A DNA stretch of 61,482 bases. Origin: an uncultured Nitrospiraceae bacterium (GTDB lineage Bacteria; Nitrospirota; Thermodesulfovibrionia; Thermodesulfovibrionales; Dissulfurispiraceae). This document shows positions 52,443-60,752 of this stretch, piece after piece. Under the pieces are notes generated by a model. The model saw nothing but the letters and a program-made list of their open reading frames with translations. It was not told the origin of the DNA and did no database searches. The stretch covers positions 1 through 61,482 of the forward strand of contig CAMTVO010000037.1 in the NCBI GenBank assembly GCA_947085205.1, read 5' to 3'. Made by a program: the position numbers and the translations under genes. Position 1 is the first letter of the stretch; the number at the start of each line of letters is the position of its first letter.

Positions 52443-52855
52443 TGGAAAGAATTTATCAAAAAATCGGAAGAATTAGAGAATACCTTTCTTTGCTTGAATC
52501 AATAAAAGACGAATGTTCAGACCGTTTTTCTACCGACCCTCTGTATCGCGGCGCACTGCTTCATTATTTATATTTATTAGCAGATACATGCATATCTCTC
52601 GGTGAAATAATTATCAAACATAAAAAACTCAGACCTCCCCAGTCATATCAAGATGTTTTCGATATTTTAGGAGAAAATAAAATATTAGAGTCTGATTTTG
52701 CATATTCTTTTGCAAAGATTGCAGGTTTTAGAAACTTCCTTGCTCATGACTACGAAAAAATAGACATGGCATTTATCTGTAATGAAGTCCTCGCGAAACT
52801 CAATGACGTGGATTCTTTTCTCACCCGGATCGAAACCGCTCTAAAACTTAGATAG
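52442..52855 (+). CDS. HEPN toxin (HepT/DUF86)
   Basis: RX4HXY motif RNFLAHDY; coupled to the MNT gene. Confidence 0.9.
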   Translation: MERIYQKIGRIREYLSLLESIKDECSDRFSTDPLYRGALLHYLYLLADTCISLGEIIIKHKKLRPPQSYQDVFDILGENKILESDFAYSFAKIAGFRNFLAHDYEKIDMAFICNEVLAKLNDVDSFLTRIETALKLR

Positions 52856-52887
52856 AATCCTTGACATGAGTCGTTGTCACATGTTAA

Positions 52888-52904
52888 TGTTCAAATTATG
52901 AACA
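52888..52904 (+). promoter_or_regulatory. Palindromic operator overlapping the regulator start codon
   Basis: TGTTCA-N5-TGAACA, downstream of TTGACA at 52861. Confidence 0.55.
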
Positions 52905-53479
52905 ACGGGAATGTGTCTGACGAAATATCTCTCAGACTGTTCAATGAATTGATTAAGGAACCCTCGGTTACCCAGAGGGCGCTGGCAGGCCGGCTCGGAA
53001 TCGCCCTCGGTCTTGCAAATGCCTATGTAAAAAGGCTTTACAAAAAAGGATATATAAAAGTCAAAAACCTTCCCAAAAACAGGATCAAATACATTATCAC
53101 TCCAAAAGGTTTCACCGAAAAGGCAAGGCTTACCTACAACTACATGAACCGCTCAATAGGCTATTTCAAAGAAGTGCGCAGTAAGATAGAAAATACTTAT
53201 ACATTCATGATGTCGTCCGGCGTTAAAAATATCCTTTTATGGGGCGACGGCGAAATCGCGGAACTTTGTTACATTTCCACGAGAGGCTTGCCGCTTAAAA
53301 TCGTCGGAGTAGTCAGCGATAAAAAAATAGAGAACGGATTTTTCGGACACCATGTTTATACGGCAGAGGACATAGCAGGGCTGGATTATGATGCCGTGCT
53401 GGTGTCATCGATGGAACGTAACGTAATGGAAGCGATAAATCAGAAGGGGATAGATGCCGGCATGATTTATCATCTATAA
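52898..53479 (+). CDS. Winged-HTH (EPS-associated MarR-like) regulator with C-terminal Rossmann-like domain
   Basis: TQRALAGRLGIALGLAN.YVKRL..KGY, YIITPKGFTEK. Confidence 0.85.
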   Translation: MNNGNVSDEISLRLFNELIKEPSVTQRALAGRLGIALGLANAYVKRLYKKGYIKVKNLPKNRIKYIITPKGFTEKARLTYNYMNRSIGYFKEVRSKIENTYTFMMSSGVKNILLWGDGEIAELCYISTRGLPLKIVGVVSDKKIENGFFGHHVYTAEDIAGLDYDAVLVSSMERNVMEAINQKGIDAGMIYHL

Positions 53480-53482
53480 AAA

Positions 53483-54001
53483 ATGGAATTTATCGAAACC
53501 ACATCTCTTTACTGGTATGCGGTTCATGTCAGGTCGAGGCATGAATTCAAGGTATTGGACAGGCTTACCAAAGCCGGAATAGACGCCTTTTTACCTGCGG
53601 TTGAAAGACTCAGCAGGTGGAAAGACAGAAAGAAATTGATAAGTTTCCCTCTCTTCCCCGGTTACCTGTTCGTTCATATCCGCAAGATGTACGAAGACAT
53701 GCTGACAGTATTGAAGACCCACGGCGTTGTCAGATTTATAAGCCTTATCCCCGGAGAGCCCGAAGCTGTTCCGGAAGATCAAATAATGTCTCTTAAAATA
53801 GTTCTTGAAAATAAAGAAACAGTAGACCCTTATCCTTATTTAAAAGAAGGGCAGAGGGTCAAGATAAAAAAAGGACCCCTTGCAGGAGCGCACGGTTTGC
53901 TTGTCAAAAAAGAAGGACTGCATATGCTTGTCCTTTCCGTGGACATACTCCGGCAGGGCTTGTCTGTAAAGATAGACGCATCGGACGTAGATACTTTATA
54001 A
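53483..54001 (+). CDS. NusG paralogue, UpxY/RfaH-like antiterminator
   Basis: WYAVHVRSRHE, PLFPGYLF (NGN domain); GQRVKIKKGPLAG (KOW); heads a polysaccharide locus. Confidence 0.9.
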   Translation: MEFIETTSLYWYAVHVRSRHEFKVLDRLTKAGIDAFLPAVERLSRWKDRKKLISFPLFPGYLFVHIRKMYEDMLTVLKTHGVVRFISLIPGEPEAVPEDQIMSLKIVLENKETVDPYPYLKEGQRVKIKKGPLAGAHGLLVKKEGLHMLVLSVDILRQGLSVKIDASDVDTL

Positions 54002-54023
54002 TATTCAGTTTTTAGCAGAATTG

Positions 54024-54085
54024 CCTTCTTGGTCATTATCCGCAAAAATGCGGATATGTAACCGAGAGGGCGGAGCAGTGAGAAG
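54024..54085 (+). promoter_or_regulatory. JUMPstart/ops-like element, copy 1 (hairpin + GGCGGAGCAGTG)
   Basis: Hairpin CTTCTTGGT...ACCGAGAGG followed by an ops-like motif; last 30 nt are 29/30 identical to 60723-60752. Confidence 0.55.
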
Positions 54086-54087
54086 AC

Positions 54088-54480
54088 ATGAAAGAAAATA
54101 AAAAACTGAGTTCTATTTTCAAAGCATATCCGGAGATAAAGCTGGCATATCTTTTCGGCTCACGCGCGACCGGTAGAGAATCTGCATTGAGCGACTATGA
54201 TTTTGCCATTTATCTTGATACGAAGGATAAAGCGAGGATGTATGAAATTAAAATTGATGCTATTGTTAAAATCGGCAGGCTGCTGAAAACCGACAGAATA
54301 GATGTGGTTGTCTTGAATTTAACGGACAATCCCGACCTGAAATACATGATTGTCAAAGAAGGCCGCTTGATCTATGAGAAAGAGCCCTTTAAAGTAATTG
54401 TCGAACCCAGAATTTTAAATGAGTATTTTGATTTCCATAAAATGCTGGTTAAACATAATTTAACAAAGGCGTTGGTATGA
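54088..54480 (+). CDS. MNT antitoxin (MntA-like nucleotidyltransferase)
   Basis: GSRATGRESALSDYD (GS-X10-DXD). Confidence 0.9.
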   Translation: MKENKKLSSIFKAYPEIKLAYLFGSRATGRESALSDYDFAIYLDTKDKARMYEIKIDAIVKIGRLLKTDRIDVVVLNLTDNPDLKYMIVKEGRLIYEKEPFKVIVEPRILNEYFDFHKMLVKHNLTKALV

Positions 54481-54899
54481 GCAGCATAAAAGTAATCGAA
54501 AACAAGATAAGTTCCGTAAGGAAATATCTTAAGATACTGCAGCGCTACAAGGGTTATAAAAAGGAAGAGATCGAAGGGGATATAGACATCAGGGGAGCTG
54601 TTGAGCGTTATCTGTATCTTGCGGTTCAGTCGGCAATCGATCTGGCAGAGGCCGTGATCGCCTATAAAGGCTTTCGTAAGCCCACTACAATGAGCGAAGC
54701 TTTCGATATTTTGAATGAGGAACGGCTAATCCCCGCAAAGCTTACGAATGAACTCGTTAAAATGGTGGGATTCAGGAATATCATAACGCATGATTATGAA
54801 AAGTTGGATTATAAAATCGTTTATAATGTGCTGCAAAATGGAAGAAAGGATATTGAAAGCTTCCTGAAGAGGATTGAGGAAAGATTAAAGTTGAAATGA
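54477..54899 (+). CDS. HEPN toxin (HepT/DUF86)
   Basis: RNIITHDY (RX4HXY); ATGA overlap with the MNT gene. Confidence 0.9.
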   Translation: MSSIKVIENKISSVRKYLKILQRYKGYKKEEIEGDIDIRGAVERYLYLAVQSAIDLAEAVIAYKGFRKPTTMSEAFDILNEERLIPAKLTNELVKMVGFRNIITHDYEKLDYKIVYNVLQNGRKDIESFLKRIEERLKLK

Positions 54900-54944
54900 A
54901 CTGGAAAAACACAGCGGAGCAGTGAGAAAATTTGATGGAGGAAT

Positions 54945-55412
54945 ATGATGAATCAACATGAGACCCCAACAATCAATGAAAACGAGATAAACCTCTATGA
55001 TTACTGAAAGGTGATAGTAAAAAGAAAAACGCTCATCATAGGATTATTTCTTGTTGCTGTCCTTGCATCAGCGGTAATAAGTCTTCTAACGCCAAAGATA
55101 TACAGGGGAGAGGTTGTGCTGAAACTGCCAGCAAAAGAACTAACAGCAAAAGAACTGCTTGGTGTTATTGGCAAGATTGACGCAGAAAAAATAAAAAAGT
55201 TTTTACCAACAACTCAACATTTAATAACTGACATCAAATTAACTGCCCTGAAAGATTCTACAGATAAACTTCAGTTAATCATTGAATCAAAAAATGCGAA
55301 TGACATACCTGCTGCAATGACAGAATTTGCCGCATACTTAAATAATTTTTCTATTATAAACCGTGCTGTTGAAGAGGAAAGGCAAAGACTCCTAAAACAG
55401 TCAGAAGTTTAG
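54945..55412 (+). pseudogene. Wzz-like chain-length regulator, N-terminal half (nonsense codon and truncation)
   Basis: MMNQHETPTINENEINLYDY*KVIVKRK..TM..TPKIY; in-frame TGA at 55005 where Trp is expected; ends at QRLLKQSEV*. Confidence 0.8.
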
Positions 55413-55492
55413 CAATATATTTTTTTACACAGGAAGAGAAAAAAAGATTGATTTGACATTTGAAGAGAATAATGCAGGCTAAAGAGGCAATC

Positions 55493-56971
55493 GTGAAATT
55501 TTTATTTCTGTTTTTTGGAATATTTGTTTTCTTGACAGGAGCGGCATCCTATGCCGCGAATGTAGAGACTAAAAGCGATCTCTATCTTGACCTTGAGCGC
55601 CTCTCTGCCTATGGCCTGATAGACTCGGCAATCCTCGGTGCAAGACCCATTGATAGACGTGAGTTCGCAAGGCTTGCCATCGAGGCCTCTAAGAAGTTTG
55701 AGGTTCAAGCAACTTCTAATCTCTTGCCTCAAACCCTGAGGTTCATCCTCGAAAAACTCAAAGAAGAGTTCAGAGAGGAGATTGCAGAGATAGGATACGA
55801 GGCGTCTTATATAAAACCGATAAGAAAGGTCAATCTGAAATATTCCCATCTTGAAGGTAATGCATCAACATTTCCGGGGATAAAGGCATCACAGGAGCCA
55901 TTCAACTATAACAACGAGGGGATAGCCTTGAATAAGGATAATCTATTCATAAATCTTGAGGGTGATGCAAGATATGGTTCGCTATCTTTTTATATCAATC
56001 CTCTTTTAACCACAAACCTTGAACCTCGAACCTTTAAACTTCACAAGGGCTATGGAAAGCTTTATATTGGCAAATTTTCTGTACAAGCTGGGAAGGACTC
56101 TCTCTGGTGGGGGCAGGGAAGGCATGGAAGTCTTATACTCACGAACAATGCAGAGCCCTTTAAACTCCTAAAAATAAGCAACGAGGTTCCTTTTAATCTG
56201 CCCATATTAGGCCTTTTTAAGATAGATTTTTTCCTTACAAGACTTGAGGAGGACAGGGATCATCCAGAACCCTACTTCGGAGGAATCAGGCTGAGCTTTA
56301 AGCCAGAGCCATGGCTTGAATTTGGTCTGACAAGGACAGCCTTAACAGGGGGCAGAGGTATGCCAGGCCTCGGACTTGGTGATATAGGCACAATCCTTAT
56401 AGGTAAAAATTTAGAGGGAAAGGAAAGGGGTGAGAGCAACCAGATAGCAGGTGTGGATGTTCGCATAAGAATCACCCCTCTTAAGGCTTACATCTATGGA
56501 GAGGCTGCGGGTGAGGATGAGGCAGGAATGCTTCCGTATAAGTGGGCATATATTGCTGGCGTTTATTTTGCAGATATCCTTGGCGCTGATTTGAGGGTGG
56601 AGTATGCAAATACTGCCTTTCAGTATGCCGGGTGGTACACCCATGGTGTTTATACCTCAGGCTATACCTATAAAGGCAGGCTTATGGGCCATCATATGGG
56701 TGGAGATGCAAAGGATATCTTTGTTGGTTCCTCTTTTTTTCTGAATAGAAATACAAAGGTCTCTCTGCACTATGATTATGAAAAAAGAGGAGTCTCAATG
56801 CCGAATCCAGAAAACCACCATGAGGTGATTTTTGGCTTAAAACAGAGGGTCTCAAAAGGGATCAACCTGAGCCTAAAAGGCAGGTATGAAAAGGTTAAAA
56901 ACTTTGGATACACCTCAGGACAGGATAGAGAAAACAAGCTCATTGAATTTTCACTTGAATTAATGAGGTGA
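55493..56971 (+). CDS. Capsule assembly Wzi-family outer-membrane protein
   Basis: Signal peptide; WWGQGRHGSLILTNNA, SNQIAG, GHHMG; start could be 55472. Confidence 0.82.
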   Translation: MKFLFLFFGIFVFLTGAASYAANVETKSDLYLDLERLSAYGLIDSAILGARPIDRREFARLAIEASKKFEVQATSNLLPQTLRFILEKLKEEFREEIAEIGYEASYIKPIRKVNLKYSHLEGNASTFPGIKASQEPFNYNNEGIALNKDNLFINLEGDARYGSLSFYINPLLTTNLEPRTFKLHKGYGKLYIGKFSVQAGKDSLWWGQGRHGSLILTNNAEPFKLLKISNEVPFNLPILGLFKIDFFLTRLEEDRDHPEPYFGGIRLSFKPEPWLEFGLTRTALTGGRGMPGLGLGDIGTILIGKNLEGKERGESNQIAGVDVRIRITPLKAYIYGEAAGEDEAGMLPYKWAYIAGVYFADILGADLRVEYANTAFQYAGWYTHGVYTSGYTYKGRLMGHHMGGDAKDIFVGSSFFLNRNTKVSLHYDYEKRGVSMPNPENHHEVIFGLKQRVSKGINLSLKGRYEKVKNFGYTSGQDRENKLIEFSLELMR

Positions 56972-57010
56972 TGCGATTAAAATGAATTTAGAAAAGTAGG
57001 AGGTGTTTAT

Positions 57011-59236
57011 ATGATAAAACCTATTCGTCTCACATCTTACGTCTCACATCTTACGTCTCACGCTGCAGCCTTACTGTTCATATTTATAGTGAGCTTGTCG
57101 AACCTATTGATTTTTACAGGCATTGCATTTGCCCAGCAGATTCAGATGGTTCCAGTGACGCCTGCAGGACAGCCATCCATTCAGACTCAACCGATGCAGG
57201 GGCAACAGCCATCCTTACAACAGCTATCGCCTCAGCCAGTACAACCTGCTCCAACTCAGCAACCACCTATTCGACCTCCTTCTGTAGAAAAACCATCGGA
57301 GTTTGAGCAGTATATTTCAGGCAACGTGCCTTTAACCGTATCAACCAGCATCAAGCAATTCGGCTATGACCTTTTTGCGCAGCCCCCGTCCACATTTGCG
57401 CCTGTTGAGAAGGTTCCTATCGGCCCGGATTATGTAATTGGTCCCGGCGATGAATTAAAGATTACAGTGTGGGGAAATATTGAGTGGCAGTGGAGTGTTA
57501 CTGTTGACAGGGATGGTAATATTACTCTTCCAAAGGCAGGGATACTCGGTATTTCAGGACTGACTTTTAAAGAAGTCAAGGAACTTTTGCATAAAGAGTT
57601 TTCAAAGTACTTCACGGGATTTCAGATGAACGTAAGTATGGGCGCATTGAGAACTGTTAGGGTTTATATTGTAGGCAATGCTAACAGACCCGGGGCATAT
57701 ACGGTTTCTTCTCTTTCAACCCTTATAAATGCCCTTTTTGAAGCCGGCGGTCCGAGCAAGACAGGAACTATGAGAAATATTCAGGTAAAGAGGAACGGTA
57801 AGACAATCGTAACCTTTGACATGTATGATTTTCTGCTTAAAGGCGATAAAACAAAGGACATACGGCTTATGCCTGAGGATGTCATATTTATACCTCCGGT
57901 AGGCCAACTCGCTGCAATCGCTGGAAATGTAAAAAACCCTGCAATATATGAATTAAAAGGGGAAACAAAACTTTCTGATCTAATCCAAATGACCGGTGGA
58001 TTAACCAGTGTTGCGTTTAAGGGTAGGGTTCAGGTTCAAAGAATAGAAGATCATCAGTTCAGGACAATATTTGAGGGAGACCTGATTGATATAGAAAAGA
58101 ATGCTGCGAAAGACTTTGCCTTAAAAGATGGAGATTTAGTAAAGGTTTTCTCTGTAATGGAAACAAAGAATACCGTAAATGTTACTGGGGCGATATCCAC
58201 TCCGGGAGAATACGGCGTTACACCGGGGATAACAAAAATTAAAGATATAATATCCCTATCAGGCGGACTTATTTATTATGCTTCCAATGTCGCAGAACTT
58301 ACACGGGTAAAGGTTACGCAGGAAGGTCCTAAAACGGAGAGACTTATTATTGACTTGTCAAAAGCAATGAAGGATGACCCACAGCACAATATCCCCCTCC
58401 AGATAAACGACTATCTATTTGTCCGCACCGTCCCTGAATGGCAGCTTTACAGGATAGTAAACCTTCAAGGGGAGGTTAAATTCCCCGGCGCTTATACTAT
58501 CAAAAAGGGCGAGAGGCTCTCTTCTCTTATAGAAAGGGCTGGGGGATATACAGATAAGGCATATCTGAGAGGCGCTGTATTTACAAGAGAAAGGGTAAGG
58601 GAACTTCAGCAGAGACAGCTTAATGAAATGGTAGAAAGGCTTGAAAGGGATCTCTTAGGAAGAGGTGCAGCAGAGACAGCAACTGCCTTATCCCCTGAGG
58701 ATGCAAAGATCAAGGAATCCGAAATCAAACAGAGAAGAGACTTCGTAGCAAAACTTAAGGAAGTGAAGGCAAAGGGCAGGATGGCCATAATTTTAAATCA
58801 ACCTGAGCTTCTGAAAAAGACGCCTTATGACATTGTACTTGAGGAAGGTGACAGCCTGTCTATCCCTTCAAATCCTCAGAGTGTTCAGGTTATAGGGTCT
58901 GTATATAATCAGACAGCATTTGTATATGATAAAGACAAAGGTTATACCAGATATATCGATTTAGCAGCTGGATATACAGAGAATGCCGATAAAAAGAGGG
59001 TTTACATACTCAAAGTCGATGGGACTGCTGTGAGACCAGGTGGTGGTTTTCTCGGCATATCGTGGAGCAAGGATTCGAACAGGTGGGAGTTCGGCAGCCA
59101 GGATATAGAGCCGGGTGATACCATAGTGGTTCCAGAAAAGCTTGAGAGGATTGCATGGATGCGCGAGATAAAGGATTTAACACAGATACTCTACCAGATT
59201 GCGGTTACTGCTGGAGTATTGATTGTGGCGTTCTAA
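57011..59236 (+). CDS. Polysaccharide export protein with SLBB repeats (Wza/KpsD-like)
   Basis: FGYDLF, PDYVIGPGD, VDRDG.I, repeated G.V..PG.Y / AGG units, PGDTIVVP. Confidence 0.9.
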   Translation: MIKPIRLTSYVSHLTSHAAALLFIFIVSLSNLLIFTGIAFAQQIQMVPVTPAGQPSIQTQPMQGQQPSLQQLSPQPVQPAPTQQPPIRPPSVEKPSEFEQYISGNVPLTVSTSIKQFGYDLFAQPPSTFAPVEKVPIGPDYVIGPGDELKITVWGNIEWQWSVTVDRDGNITLPKAGILGISGLTFKEVKELLHKEFSKYFTGFQMNVSMGALRTVRVYIVGNANRPGAYTVSSLSTLINALFEAGGPSKTGTMRNIQVKRNGKTIVTFDMYDFLLKGDKTKDIRLMPEDVIFIPPVGQLAAIAGNVKNPAIYELKGETKLSDLIQMTGGLTSVAFKGRVQVQRIEDHQFRTIFEGDLIDIEKNAAKDFALKDGDLVKVFSVMETKNTVNVTGAISTPGEYGVTPGITKIKDIISLSGGLIYYASNVAELTRVKVTQEGPKTERLIIDLSKAMKDDPQHNIPLQINDYLFVRTVPEWQLYRIVNLQGEVKFPGAYTIKKGERLSSLIERAGGYTDKAYLRGAVFTRERVRELQQRQLNEMVERLERDLLGRGAAETATALSPEDAKIKESEIKQRRDFVAKLKEVKAKGRMAIILNQPELLKKTPYDIVLEEGDSLSIPSNPQSVQVIGSVYNQTAFVYDKDKGYTRYIDLAAGYTENADKKRVYILKVDGTAVRPGGGFLGISWSKDSNRWEFGSQDIEPGDTIVVPEKLERIAWMREIKDLTQILYQIAVTAGVLIVAF

Positions 59237-59244
59237 ACGCATGA

Positions 59245-59279
59245 TCCCCACCCCCCTCCTCTCGAAGGGGGAGGGTGAT
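59245..59279. repeat. C-rich/G-rich palindrome downstream of the exporter gene
   Basis: CACCCCCCTCCTCTCGAAGGGGGAGGGTG; related to palindromes at 41427 and 51967. Confidence 0.6.
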
Positions 59280-59307
59280 GCGTGTATAATTAGTTAAGGA
59301 GATTGGC

Positions 59308-59487
59308 ATGGATGAGAAGAGTTTGGCTAAGACGGTAAGAGAGGTAGTTAAAGAGGAGTTAACCACCTTTAAACAAGAAGTTGCTACAAAGGAGGATTTA
59401 AAAGTATTTGCAACAGAGGAAGATTTAAAGGTCTATGCTAATAAAGGAGGGATAGGCGGTGGAAGAAAAACAGACACAACAGTATGA
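59308..59487 (+). CDS. Small unannotated ORF (59 aa) with ATKEDL/ATREDL repeats, probably a truncated remnant
   Basis: AAGGAG RBS; MDEKSLAKTVREVVKEELTTFKQEVATKEDLKVFATREDLKVYANKGG...; overlaps the start of the next gene. Confidence 0.45.
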   Translation: MDEKSLAKTVREVVKEELTTFKQEVATKEDLKVFATEEDLKVYANKGGIGGGRKTDTTV

Positions 59488-60664
59488 TGAGATAAACCTT
59501 CTTGACTATCTCATTGTCCTTGCAAAACGGAAAAAACTGATTCTCGGTATTACTTTTGGAGCTGCGATTATAGCCGCTGTTATAAGTCTTATTACGCCGT
59601 CAATTTATAAGGCAGAGACAAAGATACTCCCACCGCAGCAGGGTAGCACAAGCGCAGCACAGCTTTTAAGCCAGTTTGGAGGCGCTGCGGGTCTGGTTGG
59701 CGGAACTATCGGCATAAAAACAACAAATGAACTTTATATCGGACTCCTGAAGAGCAGACCTGTTCTGGATGGTGTTATTGACAGGTTTGATTTAATGAAA
59801 GTCTATAAGGCTAAACTGCGCGAAGATGCAAGAAAGGCAATTGCAGGGGCTTTAAAAGCTCAGGACGACAAAAAGACCGGTATAATAACCATCGGCATAG
59901 AGGATAAAGACCCCAAAAGGGCGGCAGAGATTGCAAACGCATTTGTTGAAGAGCTTAAAAACCTAAATAATGTGATCGCTGTTACAGAGGCGTCTCAAAG
60001 AAGGCTTTTCTTTGAAGAGCAGTTAAAACTTGCAAAAGAAGGACTTATTAATGCAGAAGAGTCCATGAAGGGTTTTCAGGAAAAGACAGGCGCTATCAAA
60101 ATTGATGATCAGGCAAAAGCGGTTTTGGAAGGCATTGCCCAATTGAGGGCACAGGTAGCTGCAAAAGAGGTTCAGCTTAAGGTAATGAAGACATACGCCA
60201 CCCCGCAGAATCCTGATATCCAGAGAATTGAAGAGGAGATTAAGGGGCTAAGGGAGCAGCTTACAAGGCTTGAGGTAAAAGGCAGCGGTCATAATCCAGA
60301 CCCCCTTATGTCAACAGGAAGGATACCTGGAGTGGGAACCGAATATATAAGAAAACTGAGAGAATTTAAATACAATGAGACGCTTTATGAACTTTTATTA
60401 AAGCAATACGCTGGCGCCAAACTTGATGAGTCAAGGGATGCCCCGATAATCCAGATAATTGAAAAAGCCATACCGCCTGAAAAAAGGATAAAGCCAAAAA
60501 GAAGGCAGATGGTGATGATAGCGATGGTTACAGGGTTTTTCCTCTCAGTATTTGCAGCATTTTTCATGGAGTATAAGGAAAGGGCAGCAAATGATCCTGA
60601 AAATAAAGAAAGAATAAATGTCCTTAGGCGGTATGTCTCCTTTAAAAGGCAGAAAGGTCTGTAA
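59459..60664 (+). CDS. Wzz/GumC-family polysaccharide co-polymerase
   Basis: EINLLDY, TM1, long coiled coil, A.PPE..IKPKR, TM2. Confidence 0.9.
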   Translation: MEEKQTQQYDEINLLDYLIVLAKRKKLILGITFGAAIIAAVISLITPSIYKAETKILPPQQGSTSAAQLLSQFGGAAGLVGGTIGIKTTNELYIGLLKSRPVLDGVIDRFDLMKVYKAKLREDARKAIAGALKAQDDKKTGIITIGIEDKDPKRAAEIANAFVEELKNLNNVIAVTEASQRRLFFEEQLKLAKEGLINAEESMKGFQEKTGAIKIDDQAKAVLEGIAQLRAQVAAKEVQLKVMKTYATPQNPDIQRIEEEIKGLREQLTRLEVKGSGHNPDPLMSTGRIPGVGTEYIRKLREFKYNETLYELLLKQYAGAKLDESRDAPIIQIIEKAIPPEKRIKPKRRQMVMIAMVTGFFLSVFAAFFMEYKERAANDPENKERINVLRRYVSFKRQKGL

Positions 60665-60693
60665 GGTTTTTATAGTTTTTTTCCATTAAAAAA

Positions 60694-60752
60694 CTTCTTG
60701 GTTACAATGTGTAAAATCGAACATGTAACCGAGAGGGCGGAGCATTGAGAAG
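60694..60752 (+). promoter_or_regulatory. JUMPstart/ops-like element, copy 2
   Basis: CTTCTTGGTTAC...GTAACCGAGAGG hairpin + GGCGGAGCATTG. Confidence 0.55.

Noticed and set aside
55005..55007. TGA as selenocysteine or Trp recoding in the wzz-like gene
   Set aside because: TGA is the normal stop of many genes in this window, the expected residue is Trp not Cys, and the gene is also split. A nonsense mutation is simpler.
55128..55157. 15-bp tandem duplication (AKEL-T-AKEL) in the wzz fragment
   Set aside because: A simple in-frame duplication in a pseudogene with no sign of function.
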